Made by a program: the position numbers and the translations under genes. The notes below the pieces were generated by a model. It saw only the letters and a program-made list of their open reading frames with translations. It ran no database searches and had not been told where the DNA came from. Positions 26,018-40,929 of a stretch of 64,000 nucleotides of DNA are shown here, piece after piece; within the stretch, counting starts at the first letter, position 1; every line of letters starts with the position of its first letter. The DNA lies in assembly GCF_964355755.1 (NCBI RefSeq), contig NC_092670.1, positions 5,198,201 to 5,262,200 on the forward strand, written 5' to 3'. Origin of the DNA: Antedon mediterranea (lineage: Eukaryota > Animalia > Echinodermata).

Positions 26018-26088
26018 CTTGTTAAGACCTACGGAGTTATATGCTTTCATATTGTATGCGGCGTACAACTCCATAGGTCTGAACCAGG
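26018..26088. mobile_element. ~70-bp hairpin mini-MITE
   Basis: AGACCTACGGAGTT...AACTCCATAGGTCT; the arms resemble the Harbinger-like TIR at 8442. Confidence 0.5.
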
Positions 26089-26434
26089 AAAAGATTAGTG
26101 GAAGCCACCTCGTATGACACTATCTTTCGGCAGTGTTCGGCCAACTTGCATTCCATAGTTTTGTGCACATGCCCTTTTAAGGACATGCGGCACAGTGTTC
26201 GGTCATTGCCTTCTAATCATGGGATGGAGAATTCAAGACAAAAGCTGTACAGTAAAATTGTATATGAGGCAAGATCCTCATCAGGTGTAATTTTTATACA
26301 AAGTCATCATAAGTAATAAATTTAAAATGAAACGTTAAATATAATATTTAATTACAACTGGGAATGTCAAATCCCATATTAATATTTAAAAAAGAAATAT
26401 TAAACAAATATGACAAGAATATACCGTATACAGA

Positions 26435-26562
26435 AAATTGCTGAAATAAAATGGGAATCGGTGGCCGAATCTATGATACACATTAAATAAGCAAGAATCA
26501 CAATGATAAAGTAAAACAGCTAAAAATAAATTTCAGTGCTTTCGACGGGCAAGACTAGCCCT
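26435..26562 (-). mobile_element. Penelope-like repeat, degenerate copy D
   Basis: Minus strand GGGCTAGTCTTGCCC..GAAAGC...GCTGTTTTACTTTATC; CTGATGA is lost. Confidence 0.55.
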
Positions 26563-27523
26563 AATTTCTAGGCTATGGAATTTTGGACAATCCCGTAAAT
26601 CTGAAGTCAACAGAAATAAGCAATCAGGGGAAGATCCACAATTTTGAAATAAGGAGGAAGTGCCAGTACATTAAAATGGTGAAATGCGTATGCAAGTATT
26701 TGAGACACAGCAACAAACTATAAATACCCTAGATAGATGGTTGAAATGAAAGATTCATGACCCTTGTGGCGCATCTAGTTAGCCAGAAATTACGCTCCCA
26801 CGTATCACACAGCAATATGATTATACTATTTCCGTCGGTAAACACTAAATCACACTCACAGAGGGTCAGTGTTTTTTAATTTTTTTCGTTCAATTCAACG
26901 CGTACAGTTATTTAAAGAGTAATAAGTGCACTCAGATTGTAAACAAATTTGTAATTTAAAACATTAATAAATTAGATGCAATGCTGTACGGTATTTAGTC
27001 AAACTGTGCGGATTGTTGAAATCATATCTTTTGAATTTTAATATAGGTGGGCGGAGCCGGGCTGGACAATCTTAACACTTACTAGTCTGTAGCATATAGT
27101 GAATGTTTGTGTCAGTTTGAGTTACCGTATTGTACATTAATATCAAATTCATATTATATTACTGTATTTCGAAATAATTTTTAATATTAAGCATTAATGT
27201 GGTGTGAATTGTAAAGCATAATATTAAAAGAACTGACAATAATTAATATGACCATTAACCTACATTCTGCAGACATTCATAGCATTTTAACTTGACAATT
27301 ATAGAATGAAGATGAAGTAAATCAGGCTAAAGCAATTGGATTATGGATATTGGATAATAACTGCAAGCCTACAATTGATTGATTGATTGATTGAAATTTA
27401 TATTTATACTGGATAACCTCTTCAGTCAAAGACTCTCCCAGAGGGCTTTTACTCAATGTCCAAAGGCAAGCAGATACAGTCATTCTGCAAGTTCCCAAAA
27501 AGAAAAATTGGTAAATGACTTAC

Positions 27524-27666
27524 CCGTATATGCAGGAGACATCGATGACAACATCTATCATATCACAGCAGAGCTCATACGATTGCATGTCCACGGGTGA
27601 ACTGTCAGTCGCTATGTAAATTTTGCTCACGACATCAAACAAAAATGCCTTTTCAATACCAGAATT
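27524..27666 (-). CDS. RRAGC: RagC/D exon 7 (roadblock domain start)
   Basis: Manual translation [47 protein letters not shown](G); cag acceptor and GTAAGT donor; 143 nt. Confidence 0.97.
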
Positions 27667-28732
27667 CTGTAGATTATAAAACATAACGAAATCAAAAATC
27701 TTACATAGATGTCAAAATATGGACTCAAACCTTGAATTGTGCCTTCAAAAGAAACGGTTCCTTACAAATGGCTGTCACAAATAAGTTAATCAGATATGCC
27801 ATTTCCCTGATCAGCAACACTACATCTGAATACCGGCGCATAATCTATTAAAAAAAATGCAAGTACTGAATTGGAACCAGAATGCCATTCTTGACATCTA
27901 CAAAAACTGTACTATTTCGAATAAGCATTTGTAATGTATTGTACGCTCCGTACAAATGAACGCAAAACTAACCACACCTTTATTAATTAATTATAATAAT
28001 AATAATAATTAATCTTATATAATGCTGGTATCTATAAATTAACGTTCTACTTTCTGCGACTGCGTTCGGAATGTCGTGGCCAGTAGCGATCAGTTATAAC
28101 AAATCATGTCTTGCATGAAGTATGGTTATGTATATAAACTTAACTGTAGTTCATGTGAACGCACACTATCATGTCTACCAAAATGTGTGTTCATTTATCA
28201 TCCATTGATATCATATGTTCATTGCTTGAAGTACATATTTGAATATTGAACCTCCGATAGGTCTACTATTTGAAATGTGTCCACACATGTTTTTAACACA
28301 TTATTATAGTATTTATGTAAGTGCAAATGGAGTAAGATATTACATAATACAAAATTAATGGAAATTTTAGATAAATAACCCTTAAAAAAACATCAATTGC
28401 CAAAATTAAACATTATGAATGAAATGCGAAAAGAATACCGTCGGTCACATGTTCTTAACACATTGAGAAGATACATTTGCTGAATTTGTTTATACCTTCG
28501 GAAAGCCTCAGGTGTTTTATATAAACATTAAAATGACTTATGAATATGACATTTAAAGTGTGCTGCTCATCACTCATACTGTACCTGATGAATATTCTAA
28601 AACACATGAAAAATGTTTAATGTACCACATAATGTAAATCAATCCCCACTCACACAAGATTTTAATTATGATACTTGATAGTTATTTATTTTTAATAGGC
28701 AGGTAATGGAACTTGTACAATTTACTTAACTA

Positions 28733-28888
28733 CAGTCACTCTCCCAAAACCCAGACTTTCCTTGCGACCGAAAGGTCCTGAATAAATTTTTACCATTAAA
28801 AACAAGTTAGAAATATAAGACTATCCAGAAAATTAAACATATTATTAGGTCAGCCAAAAGGCGTTCAGTATATATTGAGAGTTGACTG
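28733..28888. mobile_element. pogo/Tigger-like (Tc1/mariner superfamily) MITE
   Basis: TA|CAGTCACTCTC ... GAGAGTTGACTG|TA. Confidence 0.7.
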
Positions 28889-31297
28889 TATACTGTGCAG
28901 TGGAATAAAGTTACAATGTTTAAAATGCTCAATCTCAATTTTCTCATTTTGTTTGAAGCATGAAATTGGTCTTGTGTAATTTAGTTTAACTTTGCACTTT
29001 TAACTAGTGGAATAAGTTCATATGTTTAAAATCTTTTGAAAGGATAATCATCAGTTCTGAAACATTTGGATGATAGATATTAAAAACGAATGATTTCTTT
29101 TCTTACATGGTAAATAAATCGTTTTCAAGTATTATTATTTTATTATTATATGATTCTGTTACTTATTTAAGTTTTTTCATTTAGTTAACAGTGTAAACAA
29201 GAGCAGTCAGAGATTTGAGACCACCGTTCGAGTAAAAAGTGAAAACGAATCCAGAATTGTGAATTGTTTAAGTGTCCAAAATGATGGCCGGTTGAGAAGA
29301 TATAGCGAAAAAGGGTTATTAGTAAAATTGTGTGTAGGTCATGTAACTGACAATAATGAAATAAATAGTTCATCTATATAACGTAATGAGATATGCGCCA
29401 TCTGATGATGACCTAATTAATGTTGAAATATTGCATTTTGAAAAGAATTGTATGCATGTATACTAATTACATAATACCACTCTACACTGCCAACAAATGT
29501 CGATCTGTGTAAACAACTTAGTTACTTGGGTCGCTGAACATGATGTCTTCACAATGGAGAGTCCTGCATTATGTTTTGCTAGATTATATTCTCACTCTCT
29601 ATTATATTTTTTATTAATTTGCTTTTACAACAAACATTAATTTTACGAGTGTTGTTATAGCGAGTTTAAAACAATTTGTTTTAATGTATTAAACAATCAT
29701 GTTACTACTCAATGTGTGAGAGGGCAGTATTTTGAATAATCAATAACATTAAAAATGCAGTTGTCTACAGTATTTATTTTGAGAGTGTATCACATAACCT
29801 GTGTAATTCCTTTGTTTTATAGAAATGTCATTGCTGTTAGTTTAGGCTTTTGTTGCCAGCTAACCCACAATATAGACCTAATCTCCATATCTAAAGTAGG
29901 CCTATATCATTATGCAAAAAGAATTGAAAAAAAAATTGAAATATAAAAGCCATAACACTTAAAATTTAACATTATAGATCAATAATCCTAACACAACAAT
30001 CTGATCACTGATCACCATGCATACAATTGTTTGCTTACAAAACTGTGGAAAACATGAAATTGCATTGTTGCTAGTGTAAAAAGGAAAATCAAGGAAATGA
30101 CACAGGTTTGTTTTTAACTCAGCAATAGAAGGGGTTTAATAATATACACAGTATTTTTCATATTGTACTTTAAAAATATGTTCTTTTTCGATTTACTTTC
30201 TGCTAAAATTCTTGTTTTTTTAATAATTCTTAGAAACATTGAGCAACATTCAACCTATACTATAGTCTTTCTGACCAGACAGCTTGTGTTTTAAGCATGA
30301 GGTAATTGACCTGATGATCCTCAATCATGAGCTTAAATTCTTGAAAAGTAGCTATAATTTCTTATAATTACCAAGTGTAATAATGTACAATTTACGTTCA
30401 GGTATTAATAAGCATTACAGTACCTCTCGTTTTTTTTCTAAGAAAGCTACTTTATAAAACCAATTTCACCCTAATTTCTATTAAATCTATACTTAATACT
30501 TTATTTAACTTTTATTTAGGATTGATACTGCAGTTCAATAAACTGTTTTATAACATGGGATTAAGGATGTTAGCCAATCAGACGCGCTGAAGTGAAAAAA
30601 GTGCGCAGCAAAAAAAAAAAATTGTTATTTATTATAAATTTATTCACTCAGTTAATAATCAGTGTTTTTTTTTCGCAGCAGAAACAAGACAAGAGTGCAT
30701 TAGATACAAATAATTTAAAAGAATTTTAAAATTATTCAAAATAAATAATGGAAACGATGAAAGGATTAAACAGTTAAGCCGCCAAAGATATGTTTTAGAA
30801 TAATTAAGCATTGTACATGCATGAGCATGTCCTTAGCTATTAGAATTCAATCGAAATGCTTTAGTTTGAGTGTTCAACATTTCCTTTTAATATATATTTT
30901 AATAACCGAAAACATATGCTTTTAAACAAAAAGGTAAATCAATCGACCTAATTTAGAACATAAAAGCTGAATGCACTTTAAAGTGATATATACTGAACAT
31001 GAAAGTCATGACTACTATTGCAATAAGTAGTTTCCGACTATCCTACTGTAATGTATGTTTGCAGATAAAAGTTTATTAGTGTGTTTACAAGATTTTACCT
31101 GAACTAAAACTAGCTAGTTTAATTTCACTCTTCCCTGCAAGGATATAGCAATATCATATCTTCCTACTTTTTTTCAGGGCTAGAAATTTATTTTGTTATC
31201 CACTAGGAAACCAATGGTTATAGTTTGTAAAACATTTACTAGAAAAAATGAGCAACTCAACTAGAAAGCCAGAAAATGTGTGTGAAAAGTTTATGAA

Positions 31298-31419
31298 AGA
31301 TGTATTGTCCCTTAAAAACATGAAAATGAAGAAGTCATACTATGTTATTGTGACATTAAAATGGCATATTCAAAAAAAAAATGTTAACCTATTATTTTTT
31401 TTTCAGGGGGACAACATCT
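31298..31419. mobile_element. Small Kolobok-like MITE
   Basis: AAAGATGTATTGTCCC ... GGGACAACATCTTTAA. Confidence 0.55.
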
Positions 31420-34400
31420 TTAATTCTACAAGTTTTACCTTATTTTAGCAGATCAAATCTTTAATGTACTAGTACATTTCGAGCCTTGACAATATGATAA
31501 TTTCAACTCTTTACTACATTCTCCAGGTTGTTTTGCGCTTCATCAACAAAGTTGCGCTTCAAGTACATAAATATCAAAATGGTTACAACTGATTTTGTTT
31601 ATTCTTGCCTATCCAATAATGCATTAGCTATAAATAACCTTTGCTACAACCCATCAAAATGTAGTGGATATCATTTGATATCATTGAATGATAAAACAGT
31701 GATTAGCTACAATTACAGCAGCAACACGTTGCCCCACATATCCCGACCTTAGATGTTTACTGGACACGTCAAAACATTTTCAATTCTTTAATTGGATGAA
31801 ACATCTATTGTATGACTGATGCTATTGGCCATGTAGCAATTATAAAGACGCATTTAGACATCACATACATTACGCACAGTTCAAGGTCACCTCACTAGAC
31901 AGTGATAAAGTGTGTGTTTAACTATATTAAAGTTTGTACACATCTCCAACACTATGAAAATTGCACTTGATGGGAACAAATAAAGCATATGGACCATTTT
32001 AAGCTGTTTTCAAATTGTGCCCAGATTTGGCCAGGCGACCAGAGAAAAATATTTAGCTTCCTTTCACATGGAGCACGAAATCGGTTATCTGGTGTCAAGC
32101 GAGGTCATTCATGCTCACTGTTGATTGGACAAAAGAAAACAAATTTTATGATTTCAGGAAACAAATGGCGCCTTGATCCATCGCCCTAAATTTGGTGTTT
32201 CTTAACCAGGTAATAGAGGGTTAGGTTCAGTTATATTTAGGAGTTATTTAGGGAATTATTAATAAATGTTTATTACACCTAATTGTTGGCGTGTTTAGTA
32301 TGACCCAAAGATAAAGTATGCCTGCGTTTATAAAAGGAACAAATTTAAGAACTCGGAATAATCAAATTTGCAAAAAATATCTCAATAACATCATTATAAC
32401 AAATAATTCTCCGTTCCAATATTGTGGATGAAAGTATATCATGTAAGAAGCACCTATCAAGGAGTTTTTATATAAAAAAAACTTTCAACTACGAAAAATT
32501 AATGCATTATTTGAATTGAACATACAGAATAATTGAACTGTAAGCAGACTACCTCATAACATACTGGCCTTCCAATTCATAACATTGTAATGATTTGTAT
32601 TATGAAATATGCCGATATTATATTTAATATCTATAAATCTTCAGTATAGACAGGTCTTAACTGGTAAACGAACTTACAAAACTAACAAAAGTTCTACAAA
32701 ACTAACAACCAAATAAAAAAAACGGAACATTATGCCTATTAAGATATTGATTTAACATGGTAATTGTGAAATGTGTTTCACAAATGAATATGCCGGTAAA
32801 ATAAACTGATGGTAATGTTTGAAACATAGGGGGCAGCATGTAAATAACACAATCATCTTGTACAAAAATAGCTTTGATGGCTAAGTTATTAAAGTTGATA
32901 GCTAAAGTGTTTCAAAAGTGATTTGTACAAACACCTGTTTCTTGTAGTGTACTGCACTACATGAACTGAAAATGTATCGCTATTCATTAATACAATTTCT
33001 CTTCTTTGATTGTGGCTATCATTTGTGATTGGTCAAACTCTTTAATGTATGGAAGTCAAAATTTGAGTAAACAAATGTAACAACTCAATTTTCATAAACA
33101 CCTGGAGAGCAACTGACAGCATAAACTTATGCATAGCCATGAGAAATTAAGTGGTGCGGTGGTTGTAAGAAAACAAAACAAATTCTGCACAGGATACATG
33201 GTTGTCCAAGGCCTGTGAAAAAGTGGTCAGGTTGAAAGAATACCAACTAAACTGGTGCATATGGCCCTAAACCATACTGGCATGGTTAAGTGTAAATTAC
33301 AGAAACTGCCAAAAAGGAGCTTCACTGTGAGTGGGATAGCTTCCTATCTGGATTGTGTAAATGAAATCTTTCCAAAGGCCACTAAATATGTAGATTGAAA
33401 GGCAACATATTTCAAATGCAATTTATATGTTTGTAAAACTTGATTTAATAGATCCTAGACGTCGAAAAATGACCATTTTTCGAAAATTTACCTGTACTGT
33501 AGTACAGGGAAATTTTAGAAAAATGACCATTTGCCATTGCTTTCTCTGGATTTAAGTTGGCCATAAAATTAACAATTTGATGTATTAGAGGGCGCGCAAC
33601 TTAAATAAACTTGGTCGTAAAATCATCAAGAAAGGTTTGAATAAAATCAATATCTTTGGTATAAATATGTATCAATAGGAGCTTTATAAACTTCGTTTAA
33701 AAAAACTCCTGAAGCATACTCATACCAAAGACATTGACCTTTCAGTTTACAAATCATATGATCAGTTATTATGTATGGTCGATGACTTTATTTTATGAAG
33801 ATACTGTAGCAGTAATACAAACTTAATTGAACCAACTTTAAACTCACAGTCATTACTATTATTAGAAATCAATTTTCCGTTCAGATTTACTGAACGTCAC
33901 ATGATACAGAATTAACCAAACACAGGTGAATAGTTCCTAGATTGGTTGGTATTAGGTGGCACCCAGAACTTATTCACAAAGATTGTAAAGACATTATTTT
34001 ATTATAACATTATTACAAGGTATTTTCTCCACTGCAGCAATAGCCTCAATCAATCAATAAATTTATTTCTCAAATAAAAACAAAATTCAGTTGCATTTTC
34101 TAGAAATAATAGATAATAAATGAGAAAATCAATCAATAGATAGCCTAGATCTCTTTGGCAATGTTGATGGTCTCAACCTCCTAAAGCAATCTCAACTATA
34201 CTAGTCTTGTTCAGCAGAGTTGATCTTGCTGACCATCTGACATTAGCTTAGCTGTCCTGATCTCTAACCTTGTTGGTCTTCAACTTTATTTATCCAATCA
34301 ATACTGGATTTGCTCTTCCCCGTGGGCCATGTAATGGTAATTAAGAATCGGCAAGAATCAAAATGACTTAGATTCCGATATAGTGGAACCTCTCTTTTGG

Positions 34401-34572
34401 TACAACACTACAGACAACCTCTAATCAGGGGGCCTAAGGAGGCACTCTGTTGGGTTCGGAGAGTGTCCCCCTAGGTGAACTAACCGCATCTTTTCAAATC
34501 AAAGCAATGATTTGGTTTCATTCGCTAAACAATCTTACACCTACATTAGTTTCTATATGTTAAAATACTTAC

Positions 34573-34687
34573 TGCAATTAAGATGTTTAGGAGATGTTCA
34601 AGCGTTGGTAACTGAGGTATTAATTTCTGCACAACTTTGCTGAACGCTTCAAATATGGAGTGATCATATATACTGGTTAAGTAAAAA
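34573..34687 (-). CDS. RRAGC: RagC/D exon 6 (G5 TSIY)
   Basis: Not in the ORF track. Manual translation (S)[38 protein letters not shown]; ttgcag acceptor and GTAAGT donor; 115 nt. Confidence 0.97.
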
Positions 34688-35234
34688 CTGCAAGACAAAA
34701 AATGTAAATTTATACTATAAAGTATACTTCTATGCTCTACTACTATTGTAAATGTTTAGCAAATATTTTTATTACAAAGTAAAAAATAAACATGCAGTAT
34801 TTTATAGTTGACATTTACAATACAGGCTGAGCAACAATTACGGTTGGGAAGTTTTCAAACTTGACCTTTGACATAAACTTCGGCCTCAGATTTTCCTTTT
34901 ACATATTTATTGTTACTTCAATAAAGATTGAATATCATTGAAATGATATGTTGAGACAGTCATTATTGGGTTCTGCCAAAAGCAGCAACTGTTGCTTCAA
35001 TACTTGTTGCTAAAGCCCTTAGTTACGAACAACATTTTGTAGCCAGAAGGTATAAAAAACAAGAAAAAAAATGATATGATGATGATATGCTTCAATCATA
35101 ACACATCTCAATATATTAGCAACACAATATGCCTCTAGCGAACCGGATTACAATCATTTTAACATCATATTATGATAGTACATTATAATGTTCTAATGTT
35201 GTTGTAAAGTTCATTTCAGCACCTTTTAAATCAT

Positions 35235-35650
35235 TTCATTTTTTTTTTTTTTTTTTTCATTTCATTTATTTCAATATCATCATCGCAGCCTTAGCTGAAT
35301 TACAAAGATATTTACATTTTCTCAATATTTAAATTTGTATAAAAGTATAAAACCAATGATAATTATATATAAAAAAGGAGGCAATTTACACAAGAAATAC
35401 AATACAGGAACATTAAAAAAGTTTAGCTTAAAATATTAAAATAGAAAAAAAAAACACCTAAAAGCACCAATAAGAATCGCATAGCTGTACTGGGTGATAT
35501 ATACTGATTATTCATTTAGAAGCGAGAAGGTATGGTATTGCACTTTTTCTATATCTTTCAACTCTGCATTTGGGTTGTTGATACTTTACACGGCTTAGTT
35601 TCATGTTACTTACATTCTTCACTGGAAACCATTTTCCAAAATGAATACTT
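35235..35650 (-). mobile_element. 3' end of an L2/Daphne-like LINE
   Basis: Minus translation KWFPVKNVSNMKLSRVKYQQPKCRVERYRKSAIPYL (R.ERY.KS.IPY C-terminal pattern); 3'UTR stem CAGC..GCTG, AATAAA and an (AATGA)/A tail. Confidence 0.7.
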
Positions 35651-38600
35651 TTTGAACAATGTTAAATGTGTTTGTTCAAACAGGCCTCTGGTAAAAATAT
35701 TAAGATGAGGCAAAAACCATTAAACACTATCATTAAACACCACCCGTTGATTCATCATCTAAATACCAGATTTTACACATTAAATAAGCTGTTAATCAGA
35801 GTGCTGCTGTAAACATTATTCTTCTAATATTTCAAGTGAAATAATATAAAAAATATAAATTCGAAGGAAAAACATTAACGGAAAAACAATAACTTCCTTA
35901 AATATGCATGTGTCTTAATCTACAGTAAAGTACGGTTTGCAGTAGTATGAGTATATCATGTATGACCTAAGTAACTTAAGTCTCAACTTAATTTAGGCTG
36001 TTTTACTACTACAATCGTCTTCTACTGTGGTTGAATTACAGTACATAAAAAGGAGGCATGCTTGATAAATTAAAAGATACTGATTAGATTAAATACTGAT
36101 TCACATTAAGAATATTATGACAATTAAGACACTTGAATAAACAAAGTATTGTTCTTCCCACTTATCACTACAGTAAGTTACAGTACACCACACCAAAGAA
36201 CAAAAAATATCTACTATGTTTTAATATCTGCAGAAAGTAAAATTATTCCAAGTCTGTTTACAGTATTTGGAGAGAGTTTGCAACACAGTCACAGATTACC
36301 TCACTCTGGTAAATATATCAATTCTGTCATCTGAAATAATCTGTACTTTAATTACTTTGTTAATATGGTAGATTAAATGGTAATCATTTGAATGCCTTTA
36401 ATGTGAATTAGATAACAAAATCAAAATTTGTAATAACTAAAGCCTAGTTAATATTATTATATAGTCTTTGTCCTAAATGCATTCTAGTCATATTTCACTT
36501 AAATGATCAATTAAATGTAGTTTTTATGGTTTTCTCCGAGCCCAAGGTTGTCCTTAACTATATGAAAATTAAAATAAAATTAAAATTGATAAACTGTGAT
36601 TGTGAACTTAAAAATAAAGTATGTCAAGAAACAGTAATACTAATAGGCAAAACATGAGTTCGCCTTGCAGTTGTTTCAACCATTATATAAATATGGATAT
36701 TGTTGTAGATTATTGTAATTTGGTTAAAATTTCAATAATATTGACATTTAGAATGCTTGTTTAAACACATGCAATGCCATTAATTAAGAATAAACTCACT
36801 AATTACTAATACTAAAAAACAAGTCTCATGTGAAATTTACGATTTTTTTATTTAAACCGGGAGCATCCTATATTCACAAGACTATACTTATACAGTACAT
36901 ACTGTACACAGCTAAGCATTATGTACAGTAGGTAGCACAACAATAAGAAATATGATAGCTTGACACAATACATTCAATAAAAAATTACATTTGGTGGTTT
37001 GAAACCCGAAAATAGTATTTACTACTATGTACTGTAGGTCAATCGACCCTGGGCTCTGTCATAACAAAGCGACATCAACTGTATCATTGTGCTGGACAGC
37101 CAACATAAAAAGTGAATGACATTGATTCGAATATCTGAACTATCCGATATCTGGCAAATAAATGATATGACTACCAAAAATCTGATTCTACTATATAACT
37201 AAAATATAAGAATATAAATATGAATTCAATCAAAAAATACAAGACCAAATAAAATCATTATCACTGCATAGAGCCCTGTATTGTTTCTATTTCGATTCTA
37301 ATTCTAGAACATACCTAATTACTTCTCAAAACATCATTTCTTAAATTTACTGATAATGATATACAATAAGGATATTTTTTAATTTTAAGTGTTTCTCTAT
37401 TGAATGTGGTTGGTGAGGCCATCAATCTGTACTCTCAAATTAGAACTTACCATTTTAGTACTAATTTTAATACATTAATTGTAAACTTTTGAAATCAGGA
37501 AAATAAGAAATATACACTTATAACTATTATCTGTACCTGTCATATTCAAATGGGCCTCAACAGTAATATTTTTAAAAACAGGAAATTAAAAATGTAATTT
37601 ACAAGCTGAAATTTACTAAATAAGATCATTAGTAATAGCTTGAATCTAATTCTTTACCATTCAGTAATAGTGACATACTAAATTAGGTTATACTTACATA
37701 TTCAGATTAATGCAATTTGCCTGACCGTATTTTTGGTAGCCGTTGGCAATTAACAATGTTTTGACATAAAAAGTCATGTTTCAACAACAGTACCTTATAC
37801 AAACATGACATTCAAATTTAGCTATTATGAAAATAATTAATTAATGTTGTTTTGGTAATCATGTGTATCTTATTTCATCTACTAATTACTTGTTCAATAA
37901 CAACTAAAAATAAACATCTTAAGAACAAATTTTGCATATGAACAACAAGTATACTGAGATAAAATTTTCTTTTTTTGAAAGTTTTGATCTCTATCAATAA
38001 GCAGTCAGTTGACTGAATCCATTTTACATTATACAGTAGCTCTTTTATATATGTTGATATGCAAAATTTGCATCTAAAAGAAATTCTTGGAAAAACAAGT
38101 ATATTTCGGCCACCATCGTAAATGGAAAAAAAATTGATTTAAATGGCTATTCTCTCATATTTTCATCTCATGCTAGGCCTAGTACAGTAGTGAAAAATTA
38201 CCATCGCATTTTAGACAGCGACCTCTATATTCGTTGCCAGGTGTAAAAGCAATAAACCTACTTTTGAATTTTGTTTTTCGTTATTGCATTTGTTTTTAAA
38301 TAAACATCATAATGTACAATTGCATCAAATGGCAACATTGCAACTTGCAGTTAAGTAGAAAATTTAATCTTAATTTTTGTGTACTATCCCAGTATCACAA
38401 GTAAATGTAATCTGAAAGCAACCTAAAGTCTGCTTACACTGTAATTGACCTACTTTTTAAATGACCTAATTTACTTGGTATAATTAAAATGTATCATACA
38501 AAAAAACGCAATAATTCAGAGTATTGTGTAAACAGATTTCTGACAGTTGACGAGGAATGGTCATTTTACTGCAGGGCCTCAGTTGGCCTACTTTTAATGT

Positions 38601-38744
38601 CGCCTTTTAGGTGCCTTTAGATTTTAGTTGAATGTCCTCCTTTCGGATACTGTAGCACAATGTAGACAAAACAATTACCAGCAATGAATTTGGTTTAAAG
38701 TGGGACCAAATTTTGGTGACTTAAGGGTTGGTTTAATCCAAATC

Positions 38745-38899
38745 TTTTTTTTTTACCATATTTAATGAGAGGGTGATCTATCCAGCAATTGCTGATCATT
38801 AGGGACCCTCAGAGGTGTACAAGACAAACATCACAAGATGCTCTACATAAACGAAGTCTTATTACAAGTCTATGGGAGTGGAGTTGTAATTTTGTCCTT
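38745..38899 (-). mobile_element. SINE family A, 5'-truncated copy
   Basis: Reverse-complement match to ~38-207, including the A-tail. Confidence 0.75.
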
Positions 38900-39228
38900 A
38901 GCCAAGCATCATAACAACAACTCCACTTATTTCAGATAGCATTTAGATATTACTCCAGAATAGAGCGTGTAGAGAATAGAGAATGAAGCATCATTTTGTC
39001 GCAATTGGATTGGCCAATTAAAGTGGGACCAAATTTATGTAGTTTTTGGACCTACTGTAGTTCATCACATACTGTACTGTATAGTAAAACTAGAGATTTT
39101 ATGTGATGAGCATACTGTAAGCCATGATTCAAAAAATGGCATCTGTTGTAAACAATTCTGAATTATTTTATATTGATACAACCACCCCTTCACCACCTAC
39201 AGTAACAGGAATAGAACGTTGGCAGGAA

Positions 39229-40169
39229 GCGATTTTTTTTTTCGTACATAAGTTGGGGACCCCTCATGAAACGTCACAAAATAAACATGAATAATTCATC
39301 AGTTAAATTTGTTATTCCGTGTGCACCCAAGCGTATAGCAACAAGAAGTGATTACACGCACAACTGCGATACAATTCTTTCTACAGTAGGCCTAGGATTC
39401 TAGGTCAATTCATGTGATGCCTTCGCGCACTCTTCTTCACACACACACCACTATGCAAAATGTGTCGAGGCTAATCGACAGCTAGGCAAGACATTAAACT
39501 AAGTAGTAATTGGACATAGCCCAAAGAAAGCTTAGACCCACAAGAATAAAAAATGTGTATAATTTGTGTACTGTAATTTTTTAATTCTGCTATTTTATTA
39601 TCAAACAATATGCATGTACTCAAAGGAACTTTAAAAATGCGCGTATATGAACACATGAGATGGGAAGATTAGACCCACGAGAATAAAAAATGTATTTTTG
39701 TATAATGTTTATTGTTTAATTTTGCTGACTTATTACTCGGACTGTGTCATACCTAACACACACACGTCACACACACCCACACAGCTACTACTAGAATAGA
39801 CATGGGTTTAGAGACTAATAATTAGGCCTAATTTTTGTAATTTTATATATACCGTAATAAATAATAGTATTAATAGAAACTATAATTTTAACACGTAATT
39901 CTTTAGTAATAAATTGTATTAAAAACACCATAAACTAAAGGCTGATTATTTCGACAATCCACACAAAACGCCGCTATTCTTTTATGAAATCGCACGCGGC
40001 AACAACAGCGGAGATTAGGCCTAGAATCGTATCGCAGTTGTGTAATCACTTCTTGTTGCTATACGCTTGGGTGCACACGGAACAAGAAAATTTAACTGAT
40101 GAATTATTCATGTTTATTTTGTGACGTTTCATGAGGGGGTCCCCAACTTATGTACGAAAAAAAAATCGC
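39229..40169. mobile_element. Foldback/MITE with ~155-bp highly similar TIRs
   Basis: GCGATTTTTTTTTTCGTACATAAGTTGGGGACCCC...GTGCACCCAAGCGTATAGCAACAAGAAGTGATTACAC is mirrored at 40016-40169. Confidence 0.9.
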
Positions 40170-40764
40170 ATACCAGGAAACACTATTTTATTATAATAAT
40201 AATAAATAATATAAAAAATTATGTCATTTATCATCTTATGCTTTATAAAATCGAACAGTGTATAAATGTAGGTCTTCCGTATTGAAAACAGTAGCTGTAA
40301 TATTAATACAGATTCAGTCATTAGACTAAAAGCCAAGTTCAACTATCTAGGTTGGGTTATACTTAAAAAGAAGTTACCATAATATATCGACCACAGAACT
40401 TGAGGCTACAGACTGTACCATTGACATAATGGAATCAATTAGATCCCAAATAATCTCGTGTCTATAGTGTGTTTGTCACAAGCTCAAACTGTTTGCTTAC
40501 GAGAAGTGATCATTGACCTTTCGGTAAAATATTATGAGCAACGTAGGTGGCAGTTATTGGCAATCTGAAAAGTCTTCAATCATACGTGTCAAAAGTGTAT
40601 CTGCATGAGTGTTGTACTTAGATTAGAAGTGACGCCATCAGATGAGAAAGTAATGAAGAAAATGTCAGTGTAGTGATTGAATGGCCAGTGAAATTGAACT
40701 GGCACTGTTTATTGTTTATGATTAATATAAAGAAAAATGTATTTTTATTCTTATTATATTATCA

Positions 40765-40929
40765 CTTGCACTGATGAATTGGGCTAGCGTTGCCCAAAAG
40801 CTCTGCTAATTTTTCTGGCTATTTTACTTTATTGTTTTGATTTAGCTTTTTGCTTATTTTATTTTGTATCTCTATTGAGATCCAGCCACTGATACTTACA
40901 GCATTTTTTCAGTAATCTGCCTTTGGATT
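40765..40929 (+). mobile_element. Penelope-like hammerhead repeat (copy B; GAAA mutated to AAAA)
   Basis: CTTGCA-CTGATGA-ATT-GGGCTAGCGTTGCCC-AAAA-GCTC-TGCTAA...GATCCAGCCACTGATAC. Confidence 0.75.

Noticed and set aside
33470-33530. Hairpins here and at 23526-23567 as miRNA precursors
   Set aside because: AT-rich near-perfect palindromes, more likely collapsed MITE remnants; no supporting evidence.
34190-34330. RTE-like LINE C-terminal remnant (RGR...W) on the minus strand
   Set aside because: Too short and degenerate to support.
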